Below, piece by piece: positions 8,877 to 17,989 of a DNA stretch of 64,000 bases (position 1 is its first letter; every line of letters begins with the position of its first letter). The stretch is from Candidatus Micrarchaeia archaeon (GTDB taxonomy: Archaea; Micrarchaeota; Micrarchaeia; Burarchaeales; JAVZCV01): assembly GCA_038874215.1 (NCBI GenBank), contig JAVZCV010000001.1, forward strand, positions 6,452-70,451. The letters run 5' to 3'. A program made the position numbers and the translations under genes. Below the pieces are notes generated by a model. That model ran no database searches, was not told the DNA's origin, and was given only the letters and a program-made list of their open reading frames with translations.

Positions 8877-11800
8877 GTCAATTCCACGCCAACTGCCTTT
8901 GAACCGTCGGGCGTTTTTGTTATTCCTATGACTGAATCGGCAGAGGATAGAACGACGTCGTTGTGCGTTATAACAAGAAACTGCGCTGTCTTTGATAATT
9001 CTTTAATCAACTCGCTGAAACGCTTGCTGTTTTCCTTGTCAAGCGCAGCGTCAGACTCGTCAAGAATGTAGAAGGGGCTCGGCTTCTGCATTTGTATGGA
9101 AAAAATGAAAAGTAGCGCAAGAAGGGATTTTTCTCCTCCGGACATGCTATCAACGTTCTTCTCAACGCCATTCTCCTTCACTTTTATATGAAGACCGCCT
9201 TCAAACGGATTGCTTGGATTGTCAAGGTATAGGGTTGCTTCGCCATCAAACGCATGTGAATAAAGCCGCTTAAAGTTCTCGTTTATGCCTCTAAGCGTTT
9301 CCAAGAATATGTTTGTTTTCTTTCTGTCTATCTCTTCTATCATGCGCATGACTGCCCTTTTCTCTTCATCTAACTTCTCAACCCTCCCCTTTATCTCCTC
9401 AATCTCAGATTTCCGCTGCTCGTAAAGCTCTGGGGCTTTCATGTTAACATCACCAAGTGCAGCAAGTTCTGCCTGTAGTTTTCCGTGCATTTCTTCAAGC
9501 TCCTCCTTACTCAAATCAAGGGGAGTTATGTCCTTGAATTCCTCAAACTCTGCCTTTAAATCTGAAAGCTGCGTGTCTATGTTTTCCTTCTGAAGCTCTA
9601 TCCTGTACACCTCTTTTTGAACCTTGTCATGTCTCTGCTCTATCTCGCCTTTTTCACGAGCAACTTTTTCCAATTCCGCATCTATTCTATCCCGCTCTTC
9701 CCATAAACTCTCAAGCTCTGCGCTTACCTTCTTTAATTTCTTTGATTTTTCTTCAAGCAATTTGTTAGTTTCCTCAATCTGGCGTGTGAGCTCGTTTAGT
9801 TCTACTTCAATATGAGACGCTTCTGTTTTCTTTAAGCGGATTTCTTCTTCTTTCCCTACAATCTGGGTTTTAAGCATTTCCCACTCCTTCGCGATTCCTG
9901 CAAGCTTTGCTCTTAGCTCTGCTTCTTTTTTCTTCATCTCTGCGAGTTGGCTCTCGTCATGCCCACGCGCATCCTCTTCACCCGCGGATTCAAGGAGTTT
10001 CGCAAGAGAGGAGACTTCGTCTGAAACACGCTTTATTTCTGTTTCTTTCGCCGTTTTTTCAGCATGCTTTCCTGAGAGAATCTTTTTTATTTCAGCTATC
10101 TTCTTTTCTATGCTCTTTGCCTCTGCTTCTTGCTCGCTTATCCCCTTCATTGCAGTTTCAATTCTGCCTTTCATCTCCGCAAGTTCTATCTCCTTGTTCT
10201 TCAGCTCAACCTCTATCCTCGAAATCTCCTTTCGCTTGCCCGCCATCATTTCCCGCACTTTGTGAAGCTCTTTCTCAATTTTGTCCCTCTCAATCCGTGC
10301 ATTTTCAAGCTCTACTTCAATTCTCTTGGCTTCTTCTTTTACACGGAGCGCACTCGGGGATTTTGAATAGCCGCCGAACACAACACTGCTCTTTTCTATA
10401 AGTTCGCCATCCTTTGTGACCATCCTGTATTTTCCTGCATATTTTTTTGCTTCTTCAATACTCTCAAATAGGAGTGTATCACCAAAAACATAGTGGAAGA
10501 CTCGTTCAAGCTTCTTATCAAATTTTACAACGTCAAGCACTTTTCTGAAATGTGGTGGTGAATCCTCGGTATGCACTACGAGCTGCGCAATGGGTATGAA
10601 AGCACACCTTCCTGCCTTTTGCTTTTTAAGATACTCTATGACTTTTGTCGCTACGTCTATGTTCTCAACAACTACGTAATCAAGACGGGGACCTGCCGCA
10701 GCCTCTATCGCATCAGTGTAGGCTGCATCAAAAGTGCAAAGTTCGCCAACTGTTCCACATATGCCCTTTATCTGCCCATCATTTTTGAGTTTTAGCACCA
10801 CGTCCAATGCGCTGCTGCCCCTTCTCGGTAGGCTCACCAATTTTTCCCTTAAGCTCAATATTTTCTTGTCCAACTGCGGGAGTAGTTTGTTTTTTTCGCT
10901 CTCCAAGAGGAATAGGGCATCAATCTCTTCTGAAAGATTATTTTTCTTTTTTGTTAATTCAGAGATTTCTCTCTCAATCTCCGTTGTGTCAAATTTCCGC
11001 CTCTCCTGCAAGTTAAGTAGTAATTTTTTAAGTTCGTTTTCAAGTATCTGAATCTCGTTTTCGCTTCTGTATATTTCTGCGTCTATGGTGTGGAGATCTT
11101 TTTCAAGGCCCCGAAGTTCTTCGATCTTTCCGAGCCACTGCTCTCTCAGAAGTCTGCTTCTTTCGGCCTTTTTGCCCGCCTCCTGCATCAGCAGCCTGTT
11201 CTTCTCCTCTATTCCCGATATTCGGGAGAGAAGTTCTGAAAGCTCTTTTTCAACCGAATTCCTTTCTGAGACGAGGTCTGCAAGTGAGCGGTTGGCTACC
11301 GTGCAGGCTTCTTCAAGCTTTTTGATTTCAGAACCAAGGCGTACAAGGAGCGAGCGCCTCTCCAAGAGCTTCGTTTCGTTTATTTTTATTGCGGTTTTTA
11401 TATCCTCAACTTCTCTGCTGAGGTTATTTTTTTCTGTAAGCTCGTTTATTTTTGCTACTATGTCGTTTTTCTTTTTTGTTATATTCTCTATTTCGCGCGA
11501 TAGGCCTTCAAGCCTTTCTGAAAGCTCCTTCTCCTGCTGCTTCAGCTCTATGTGCTTTTTTGATATGTTTGTGTGTTCTTTGTCAACGTTCTTCATCTTC
11601 ATGTATATAAGAGAGCCCTTTACCCTACGAAGTTCGCCATTTATTTCTTGGTATCTTAGCGCGTCCGCTCTCTCTTTTTCAAGTTCGTTTAGCATTCCCT
11701 CCCTTTCACGCAAAATTATCTTGGCATCGTTTATATTCTGCTCAACCTTTGCGAGTTCGCCGAGCGCTTCTTTTTTCTTTTCTTCAAATTCAGATATGCC

Positions 11801-12256
11801 CGAGGCGCGCTCTAATACTTCCCTGCGTTCCTGTGGGTTCATCTCAACTATTCTCTGCACCTGCCCCTGCGCTATTATGTTGTGGTGGCCAGTTTCAAAA
11901 CCACACTTTCGCAGGAACTCTACTACTGAGGTGCGGGTTGTAGTCTTCCCATCCAATTTGTATTTTGTTTTACCATCCTTCCGTATGATTCGCCTTATCT
12001 CGTGGGTTCCATCGGTTTCAAGGACTATTGTTATCTCCGCCCTATCAGTTCCTTTGTATATAAGGTCAGAAATCCTGTTTGCCCTAAGTGCTTTTAGGCT
12101 GTTTTCTCCAAGGATGAATCTTATTCCATCGCAAACATTGCTTTTTCCGCTTCCGTTTGGACCTGCAACGCATACGAAGCCGTTGTTAAGGAGTATTTCG
12201 GTATTCCTAAAAGACTTGAAACCTCTGAATAGTATGCGATTTATGAACGCCACCAT
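8873..12256 (-). CDS. smc: SMC chromosome segregation ATPase
   Basis: N-terminal Walker A GPNGSGKSN, long coiled coils, a hinge (…GTVGELCTFDAAYTDAIEAAAG…), the C-terminal signature LSGGEKSL and Walker B ILDESDAALD. Length 1127 aa. Confidence 0.92.
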   Translation of the reverse strand: MVAFINRILFRGFKSFRNTEILLNNGFVCVAGPNGSGKSNVCDGIRFILGENSLKALRANRISDLIYKGTDRAEITIVLETDGTHEIRRIIRKDGKTKYKLDGKTTTRTSVVEFLRKCGFETGHHNIIAQGQVQRIVEMNPQERREVLERASGISEFEEKKKEALGELAKVEQNINDAKIILREREGMLNELEKERADALRYQEINGELRRVKGSLIYMKMKNVDKEHTNISKKHIELKQQEKELSERLEGLSREIENITKKKNDIVAKINELTEKNNLSREVEDIKTAIKINETKLLERRSLLVRLGSEIKKLEEACTVANRSLADLVSERNSVEKELSELLSRISGIEEKNRLLMQEAGKKAERSRLLREQWLGKIEELRGLEKDLHTIDAEIYRSENEIQILENELKKLLLNLQERRKFDTTEIEREISELTKKKNNLSEEIDALFLLESEKNKLLPQLDKKILSLREKLVSLPRRGSSALDVVLKLKNDGQIKGICGTVGELCTFDAAYTDAIEAAAGPRLDYVVVENIDVATKVIEYLKKQKAGRCAFIPIAQLVVHTEDSPPHFRKVLDVVKFDKKLERVFHYVFGDTLLFESIEEAKKYAGKYRMVTKDGELIEKSSVVFGGYSKSPSALRVKEEAKRIEVELENARIERDKIEKELHKVREMMAGKRKEISRIEVELKNKEIELAEMKGRIETAMKGISEQEAEAKSIEKKIAEIKKILSGKHAEKTAKETEIKRVSDEVSSLAKLLESAGEEDARGHDESQLAEMKKKEAELRAKLAGIAKEWEMLKTQIVGKEEEIRLKKTEASHIEVELNELTRQIEETNKLLEEKSKKLKKVSAELESLWEERDRIDAELEKVAREKGEIEQRHDKVQKEVYRIELQKENIDTQLSDLKAEFEEFKDITPLDLSKEELEEMHGKLQAELAALGDVNMKAPELYEQRKSEIEEIKGRVEKLDEEKRAVMRMIEEIDRKKTNIFLETLRGINENFKRLYSHAFDGEATLYLDNPSNPFEGGLHIKVKENGVEKNVDSMSGGEKSLLALLFIFSIQMQKPSPFYILDESDAALDKENSKRFSELIKELSKTAQFLVITHNDVVLSSADSVIGITKTPDGSKAVGVELT

Positions 12257-12325
12257 AACACCTGTGGTCGCCTTTCGTAATTTTAGTAATATGATATCGC
12301 TGACTAATATATAAATTTCGCCTGC

Positions 12326-12988
12326 CTATTCAGGCTCAACCTGCGTGTAGATATACCCTGTTATAATATGTGCCGTCCCTGCATCGCATTTTGCCGCAGT
12401 TCCGTCATAATCGCTGTCGGTCTCACAATTCATGTATTCAAGGGATACACGTATCGTTTTGGCAGTACCGATAGAGGGTTGCGATTCGGTTGCCCCCAGA
12501 GTCATTAGCATGTCAACTCCCTCTCCTTGCTTTAGAAGAAAATTCCCGTCAAAAACACTATGGGATGGATCTTCCTGTTTTTTTATGGAGAACGTGCAAT
12601 CACCCAGTGTTGTTGCGCATCCTTCGTCAACACATGTGACGCAACTCGTACCATCGGCTTTGTGTATCGTTTTCCCTCTATTCGCCAAGTTTTCGGTTGT
12701 GATGTTTACTTTCGTTATTTTTATATCAAAGCCGAGACCGTTGTAGTTCATAAATCGTATGTTGTACTTCCCAGCGGATGTGTAGATTTTATAGCTCGAG
12801 CACTCAAAAGCAGGCATAAAAGAACATTGGCGCGGCATGTAGTTCTGAACATCAAAAATGCCTGTTGTATAAAGCACTACCATAACGGCCATAAGTGCGA
12901 CTATGGCCCAACCGTATGTAGTCAGATACTCAACTGCCATCTGTGCTTTTTTACCTGATCGTACTTGTATTCGGGACATTTGCCTCAT
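12326..12988 (-). CDS. Pilin-like protein with archaeal class-III (type-IV-prepilin-like) signal peptide
   Basis: N-terminus …GKKAQMAVEYLTTYGWAIVALMAVMVVLY matches the KAQxAxEYLxxYGWAI class-III motif. The remainder is Cys-containing and extracellular-like. Confidence 0.6.
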   Translation of the reverse strand: MRQMSRIQVRSGKKAQMAVEYLTTYGWAIVALMAVMVVLYTTGIFDVQNYMPRQCSFMPAFECSSYKIYTSAGKYNIRFMNYNGLGFDIKITKVNITTENLANRGKTIHKADGTSCVTCVDEGCATTLGDCTFSIKKQEDPSHSVFDGNFLLKQGEGVDMLMTLGATESQPSIGTAKTIRVSLEYMNCETDSDYDGTAAKCDAGTAHIITGYIYTQVEPE

Positions 12989-13025
12989 AAAATATCCACG
13001 CTGTATATTTAAATTCGTTCCTACT

Positions 13026-13574
13026 CTACTTTGCGCTACGCGTTATGGGTATTAGTAGTTCGGCGCTCGCAGTTTTTGATAGCCGGGTGTCCTTTTCAAT
13101 GTATCTAATATAAAATTTTCCCCGGTAGGATAGGCCTGGATTGCCGTAAGCTGGTACTCCGTCCTCAAAGCAACACTTCAATCTTTCGCCAGTCATGGGA
13201 TTGGTACGTATAACTGTCTTGTTTCCATGTTCAAGTACGATTCTTTTACCAGCAGGTAAATTAAGAACCCTGCATTTGTTATTATCTATGAGATTCCATC
13301 CAACAGACGGCCCAGGTGTCTCTATTCTTTCGGCGGTACACGCAAAATCTGTTATTTCTATTTTATGCCCTGTTTCTTGTCGTATTTCCAAACTTAGGTC
13401 GCCTTCCGTATTTATGGAATAGTCAAGACAAACAAACCCTTTTGAAAACTCACATTTAGAAGTTCCCCACGGGTTTGCTGTTTCTAGGTAGTACATGAGG
13501 GCAACTATAACTCCGATAACGAAAATTGCCCATCCGTATTTGTTTATATCTTCAATTATGGATTGGTCAATCAT
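13026..13574 (-). CDS. Possible pilin-like protein (divergent class-III signal)
   Basis: …INKYGWAIFVIGVIVALMYY hydrophobic N-terminus in line with the neighbouring pilin-like genes; weaker match. Confidence 0.4.
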   Translation of the reverse strand: MIDQSIIEDINKYGWAIFVIGVIVALMYYLETANPWGTSKCEFSKGFVCLDYSINTEGDLSLEIRQETGHKIEITDFACTAERIETPGPSVGWNLIDNNKCRVLNLPAGKRIVLEHGNKTVIRTNPMTGERLKCCFEDGVPAYGNPGLSYRGKFYIRYIEKDTRLSKTASAELLIPITRSAK

Positions 13575-13620
13575 CTATCCCCTATCTTTGTTCCACTATA
13601 AAAATATGCGCTTAGTAGTT

Positions 13621-14193
13621 CTATGGAACATCCAGTGTAGTGCTTATTTGTCCTATTGCGGCGCGTTTATTTCCGTCTTTATCTATATATTCTATGTAAA
13701 TCGTTCCTCTATAATGTTGCCCTAAATAACCTGAAACTGGTCTTTCTTCACCAGTCTCAAAATTGGTAGTGCAGCACTTAAGTTTTCTGCCGCTTTTGGT
13801 TCCGTCGGAAGTTATAATAATTTCTTCCCCTCTCCGCAATATGAGCCCGCCGCGTAAGCCACCTGTCCATTCGGTGTTCGTTATTCTGCACTCGGGCCTT
13901 ACTGAACCAAAATCAACAGTATCACGTAGGACGATATCCCTGCTTGTGCAGGCAACGTTCGTTATTGTGATTTGCTCGTGTGGAACTTGTGCAAATTTGA
14001 GTAACAGGTTGCCGTCAACATCAAGCTTGTAAGCAGTGCAGGAAAAGCCCTGCTGGAATATGCAAAAGCGGGGCGGGGATGGTGTAAAAACCCCCAGATA
14101 GAACATTACCCCAAAAACAAGTATTATTGCAAGAACCGCCCAGCTGTAAACAAGCAGATATTCCATTGCTGCTTGTGCTTTTTTATATTCCAT
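13621..14193 (-). CDS. Pilin-like protein with class-III signal peptide (start at the internal Met)
   Basis: MEYKKAQAAMEYLLVYSWAVLAIILVFGVMFYLGVF. Confidence 0.6.
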   Translation of the reverse strand: MEYKKAQAAMEYLLVYSWAVLAIILVFGVMFYLGVFTPSPPRFCIFQQGFSCTAYKLDVDGNLLLKFAQVPHEQITITNVACTSRDIVLRDTVDFGSVRPECRITNTEWTGGLRGGLILRRGEEIIITSDGTKSGRKLKCCTTNFETGEERPVSGYLGQHYRGTIYIEYIDKDGNKRAAIGQISTTLDVP

Positions 14194-14239
14194 ACTGAAA
14201 ACCCGGTAAAAATAAAAAAAGGAGAGAAAGAGGGGGGAT

Positions 14240-14785
14240 TTATGCTGGTTCAAGTTGTGCTGAGAGATCACCTATTGCTGCATGTGTGTAGCCCGTGTCT
14301 TTCTCAGCGTAGTAAACGTAGATCTTGCCCCTGTACCTGTCTCCAATACTACCCGATATTTCTGTCTCGGTAGCGCCTCTGCAGCATTTCAGTTTTGTTG
14401 TACCGTCTATTATCTCTGCATCCTGGCCGTTCTGTATATCTATACCAGGACTTAGCTCTGTCCATGTAAAAACGCAATCGGCGTCATCTACCTCATTATT
14501 CATATTGTCGTTCACTGTTGATAGCGTTTGGTCGGTACATGCGACCGCTCTTACAGTTATTGTTTTACCCGTCGCCTGTCCTATTTTAAGTGTTAGAGTG
14601 CCATCTGTTGCAAGCTTATACGCACTGCAACTTATGCCTGGTGTCTTGAACGTGCAGGCTATTGGCGCCTGCGGGTTAAAAACTCCGATATAGAACAGCA
14701 CGGCTACTACAATTACGATCACCAAAATAGCCCAGCCATAGGTCATCAGGTATTCCATGGCAGCTTGACCTTTTCTAAAGTCCAT
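14240..14785 (-). CDS. Pilin-like protein with class-III signal peptide
   Basis: MDFRKGQAAMEYLMTYGWAILVIVIVVAVLFYIGVFNP. Paralog of 39877..40428, sharing …KCC…GDxYRGKIYVYY…LxHxAIxxLS…. Confidence 0.65.
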   Translation of the reverse strand: MDFRKGQAAMEYLMTYGWAILVIVIVVAVLFYIGVFNPQAPIACTFKTPGISCSAYKLATDGTLTLKIGQATGKTITVRAVACTDQTLSTVNDNMNNEVDDADCVFTWTELSPGIDIQNGQDAEIIDGTTKLKCCRGATETEISGSIGDRYRGKIYVYYAEKDTGYTHAAIGDLSAQLEPA

Positions 14786-14921
14786 TTATAACCACCTCGG
14801 GAATTTTATTTAACACAAGAAAGTGTTATAATTTACTGCTTTTTAAATTTTTCTATCGTAAAGCAACTGCTAATTATTTAAGATTGTGTGTAGCATTATT
14901 AATTGCGAATTAGGGTAGGAT

Positions 14922-16574
14922 GTGGGGGGTGAGATTATGAATAATAAAATTCCGACAGAGGCCGCACTGAAAGAATTTTCTGCTGGGTTGAATAGTTTGA
15001 AAGATTCTGGTGGCGAAATCAAATTTGTGGTGATACCTGATATAGTGCTGGATGTGATGGTACCCGTCGGTCGGTCTTACTCGCAGTTTATAGGCGATCT
15101 TTCCGCAATTTACGGCAAGGGTGGGGGCTCAGTACCTTTGGAGATACCTGCGTATTTTAGTCTTGGCGGGAATGCTGCGAAGGTAGCTCTTACGATGGGT
15201 GTTATGGTGCCTGACGGTACTCTTAACGGCAGTATAACTTTTATAACAAGGACTGGGGAGGAATGTCGCGATATTTTTCAGGCTTTTCATAAAAGAGAGG
15301 TGGAGATCCCGCAACGAACTCCCGTTGAGCTCATTGTGGATGGAAGAGATATTGTGGTAAATGGCGAGCCTATTGCTGCGAAAAGTAGAATAAACACTGC
15401 GATAGAGCTTAGCACGAATAATATGCAGAAGGGTGCAAACATCATACTGAGCTATGGGGGAGATAAGGGGTATAAAGCAGACTGGCTTTTCACGATGCAG
15501 TCTGGTTCTAATGCACTTAGCGCTGTAAAAAATGCGACTGCTATAGCGTGCTGTTCTGCCGTTCCCGTAGTGTTTGAGTTGATTAAGAAAAAGGGACTCG
15601 GTGAAATATATGAGGAAACAACTGTATATTTTGATACGAGCTTCAGCATTTCAAAGCTTGAGAACAGCCCAAAAACAGGGGAGCAGATCGTTGAGGCACT
15701 TGCGGTGAAAACTCCTTCTGGAAATCCCGCAGTAAATTATCTATCTGCAAACGAGCAGGAAATAATAGTCGTGGCAAGCGTTCTTGCGAAAAAGCGACTG
15801 GATGCAGGTGCATTGAGCCAAGAAGCTTACGACGGAATGGTGGGGAGCGAAAGTTATGGGGGTTATAAGGTCTTTCGCGGCACACCGTATGATGCAGCCC
15901 TGTACGTGCGAAGAGAATTGGGTGTAGGGGTGATACTGCACACATCAGACTACATGGTGATTTTTGAGACGGGTGCACAAGGAGGTATTTCTAATGTTGT
16001 CCCGAGTTTTGAGATTGAGCCGAAGTTCAGAACGGGAGCGGGCGATACTTTTAACGGTGGGCTTTTCCTCGCTATGGAAGTAATGAGAAAAAAGGGGGCA
16101 TTAACTCCTGAGGAATGCCTTCTCATCGGAACTGCGACTACCTGCTATTATATGGAGACTGGGAAGAGACCCCATGCTGAGGATTTGCGTACATTCGTGC
16201 AAACCCATAGGCTTAGGGAGCTAAGTATGGGGACGATGCAGGGCATCGCAAGCCCGCCGAATCAGCTTACACAAGACCAGATTAATTGGACTAGGAATTT
16301 AATAAGAGCACATAACGCCAAACTCCCCGTAGCGCCGCAACCTTTCCCAGCGCTTGAAATTTATGATAGGGCACTAATAGGGCGTTTGAATGAGAAGGAT
16401 GCAAGGATGATCATTGAAGCGTTAAGTGGGGGTCGTTTTGAATTGGAGGTTGCGGGGTTGCCTTCAGAAAGAGAGAGAAGGGAAAAACTTGAAACTCTGA
16501 AAAACGTGATACGTCAAGAAGCCAGAACGGCTATGCGAAGCGGAGGAATGCGCAGGTTGGCAACAAACAGGTAA
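14922..16574 (+). CDS. PfkB-family carbohydrate/ribokinase-like kinase domain with a C-terminal extension of about 170 aa
   Basis: GGNAAKVA (substrate lid) and the PfkB signature TGAGDTFNGGLFLAM. Total length of 550 aa is unusual for the family. Confidence 0.55.
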   Translation: MGGEIMNNKIPTEAALKEFSAGLNSLKDSGGEIKFVVIPDIVLDVMVPVGRSYSQFIGDLSAIYGKGGGSVPLEIPAYFSLGGNAAKVALTMGVMVPDGTLNGSITFITRTGEECRDIFQAFHKREVEIPQRTPVELIVDGRDIVVNGEPIAAKSRINTAIELSTNNMQKGANIILSYGGDKGYKADWLFTMQSGSNALSAVKNATAIACCSAVPVVFELIKKKGLGEIYEETTVYFDTSFSISKLENSPKTGEQIVEALAVKTPSGNPAVNYLSANEQEIIVVASVLAKKRLDAGALSQEAYDGMVGSESYGGYKVFRGTPYDAALYVRRELGVGVILHTSDYMVIFETGAQGGISNVVPSFEIEPKFRTGAGDTFNGGLFLAMEVMRKKGALTPEECLLIGTATTCYYMETGKRPHAEDLRTFVQTHRLRELSMGTMQGIASPPNQLTQDQINWTRNLIRAHNAKLPVAPQPFPALEIYDRALIGRLNEKDARMIIEALSGGRFELEVAGLPSERERREKLETLKNVIRQEARTAMRSGGMRRLATNR

Positions 16575-16807
16575 GGGTTTAAGAAGACTGCAATGAGAAG
16601 AGACACATTTAAGTATATCTGTTGTTTTTTATTTTACAGATGATGATAAAGGTGATCCCAGAAACCCTTTTCTTTAAAAAAGAAAAGCGTTTCAACGGAA
16701 AAGAAACGCTTTGCGAAAAATAAGGAATGGGTTGATGATGATAGACGGACGGGCTGATGTAAATTAGACTGAGTGGAAAGGAATGGGTTTTAAAAATTAA
16801 ACCAGGT

Positions 16808-17815
16808 TCACTTTTTTATTTGCCTGCTCGTGCTAGAAATCTGTTTTGCTTGGATGGTTCTATCAATAATTTCGTCCTTGGCATTCTCGATTATCTTTAG
16901 TCCGCGGTCAATGGTTTCTGCTTTTTTCTGAACCTCCTCTATTAGTTGCATAAGAATCTGGAGGCTCTTTTTATATTCCCCAATGTCCCCCTCACAAATA
17001 TGGCGCTTATACTCTTCATACAACAAGTATGCCGTGAGATATACGAACCCGTATGGCGTTAATAAGACATTTTTCTTTCTCGCATATTCCATCAACTCTG
17101 GGAAATTCTCTGTTATTGCGGGGGGCACTGCAAGAATGCATTTATCTATCGTGTTTTGCTGATTTTGGTATTTCATCACTTCCGAGATATATTTTTCGAC
17201 CTTTTGTTTGATCTCTTTTTTTAATTGTGATTGTTTGTGTAGGTCATCGGTTTTCTCCAGTTCATCTAAGAAACTAAACACTTCGGGAACCTTGGATCTA
17301 TCGGGATGAATTTCCCATCCCCAAGATCAAATGCGAACTCAACTACACCACCACCAGTAATAACATTTGTTTTGATTAATCCTATCTTTATCGGTTCTTT
17401 CAAATAAAACTTCAGAATTTCCTCACCAGCCATTCCGCGTTTCTTTACCCCGAGCATAAAACCTTGAAATTCCCTCACGGATGAAAACATTTCCTGCATG
17501 ATAACCTGATTCTGTTGTATAAACTCTTGCCATCGTTTTTCTCTCTCCTCTCTCATTTTTTCATTCTCTCTCCTCTCTCATTTTTTCACGTTCTTTTTCT
17601 ATTTCTTCGCGACTTTTTTCCAGATCAAAAATCTGCGTTTTCATTTCTACTATCTGAGAGTTTAATTGGCTGAGAAGAGTGGTTTGGTTGCGTAGGTCTG
17701 CTTTCTCGTATACTCTTATTCTACTGGATAGGTAACCTAATATAAACCCGATAACTAATCCTACCACAAGAAAAACTGCAGAAAGAAAAATAGCCAATAA
17801 ATCCAAAAGCGCCAT
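16808..17815 (-). pseudogene. rmuC: Disrupted RmuC-family (DNA recombination protein) gene split into three ORFs
   Basis: ORF A (17561..17815) carries a transmembrane segment plus coiled coil. ORF B (17266..17556) ends in …KFIPIDPRFP, resembling RmuC VIDAKFPLE. ORF C (16808..17281, GTG start) has …ILAVPPAITENF…LLTPYGFVYLTAYLL, resembling RmuC FVxMFxPSEa…PttL. The A/B break coincides with a 25-nt tandem duplication, and the B/C break is a second frame change. Confidence 0.5.
17539..17588. repeat. Perfect 25-nt tandem duplication (ttctctctcctctctcattttttca x2)
   Basis: Read directly from the sequence: 17539-17563 and 17564-17588 are identical. Removing one copy restores the reading frame between ORF A and ORF B. 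Confidence 0.9.
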
Positions 17816-17989
17816 ACAACCACCCCAACTTATCTTATGTTTCAGTATGTTAAAAATATGTGATACGGGCTATTAAATGGCTATGTGTCTCTTTTCCTTT
17901 GGGGAGCATCTCGCCACTCTTACTCTATAGCCACGTGATGTTTCATTAAGAAAACAAGCTGCGCATTGGTAGAAAAGCATTACGCGAGT

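Noticed and set aside
9624-12314. Several antisense ORFs inside smc, including a 409-aa ORF at 11085..12314
   Set aside because: Ser/Leu/Phe-rich low-complexity translations of the antisense strand of an AG-rich coiled-coil gene; smc explains the region.
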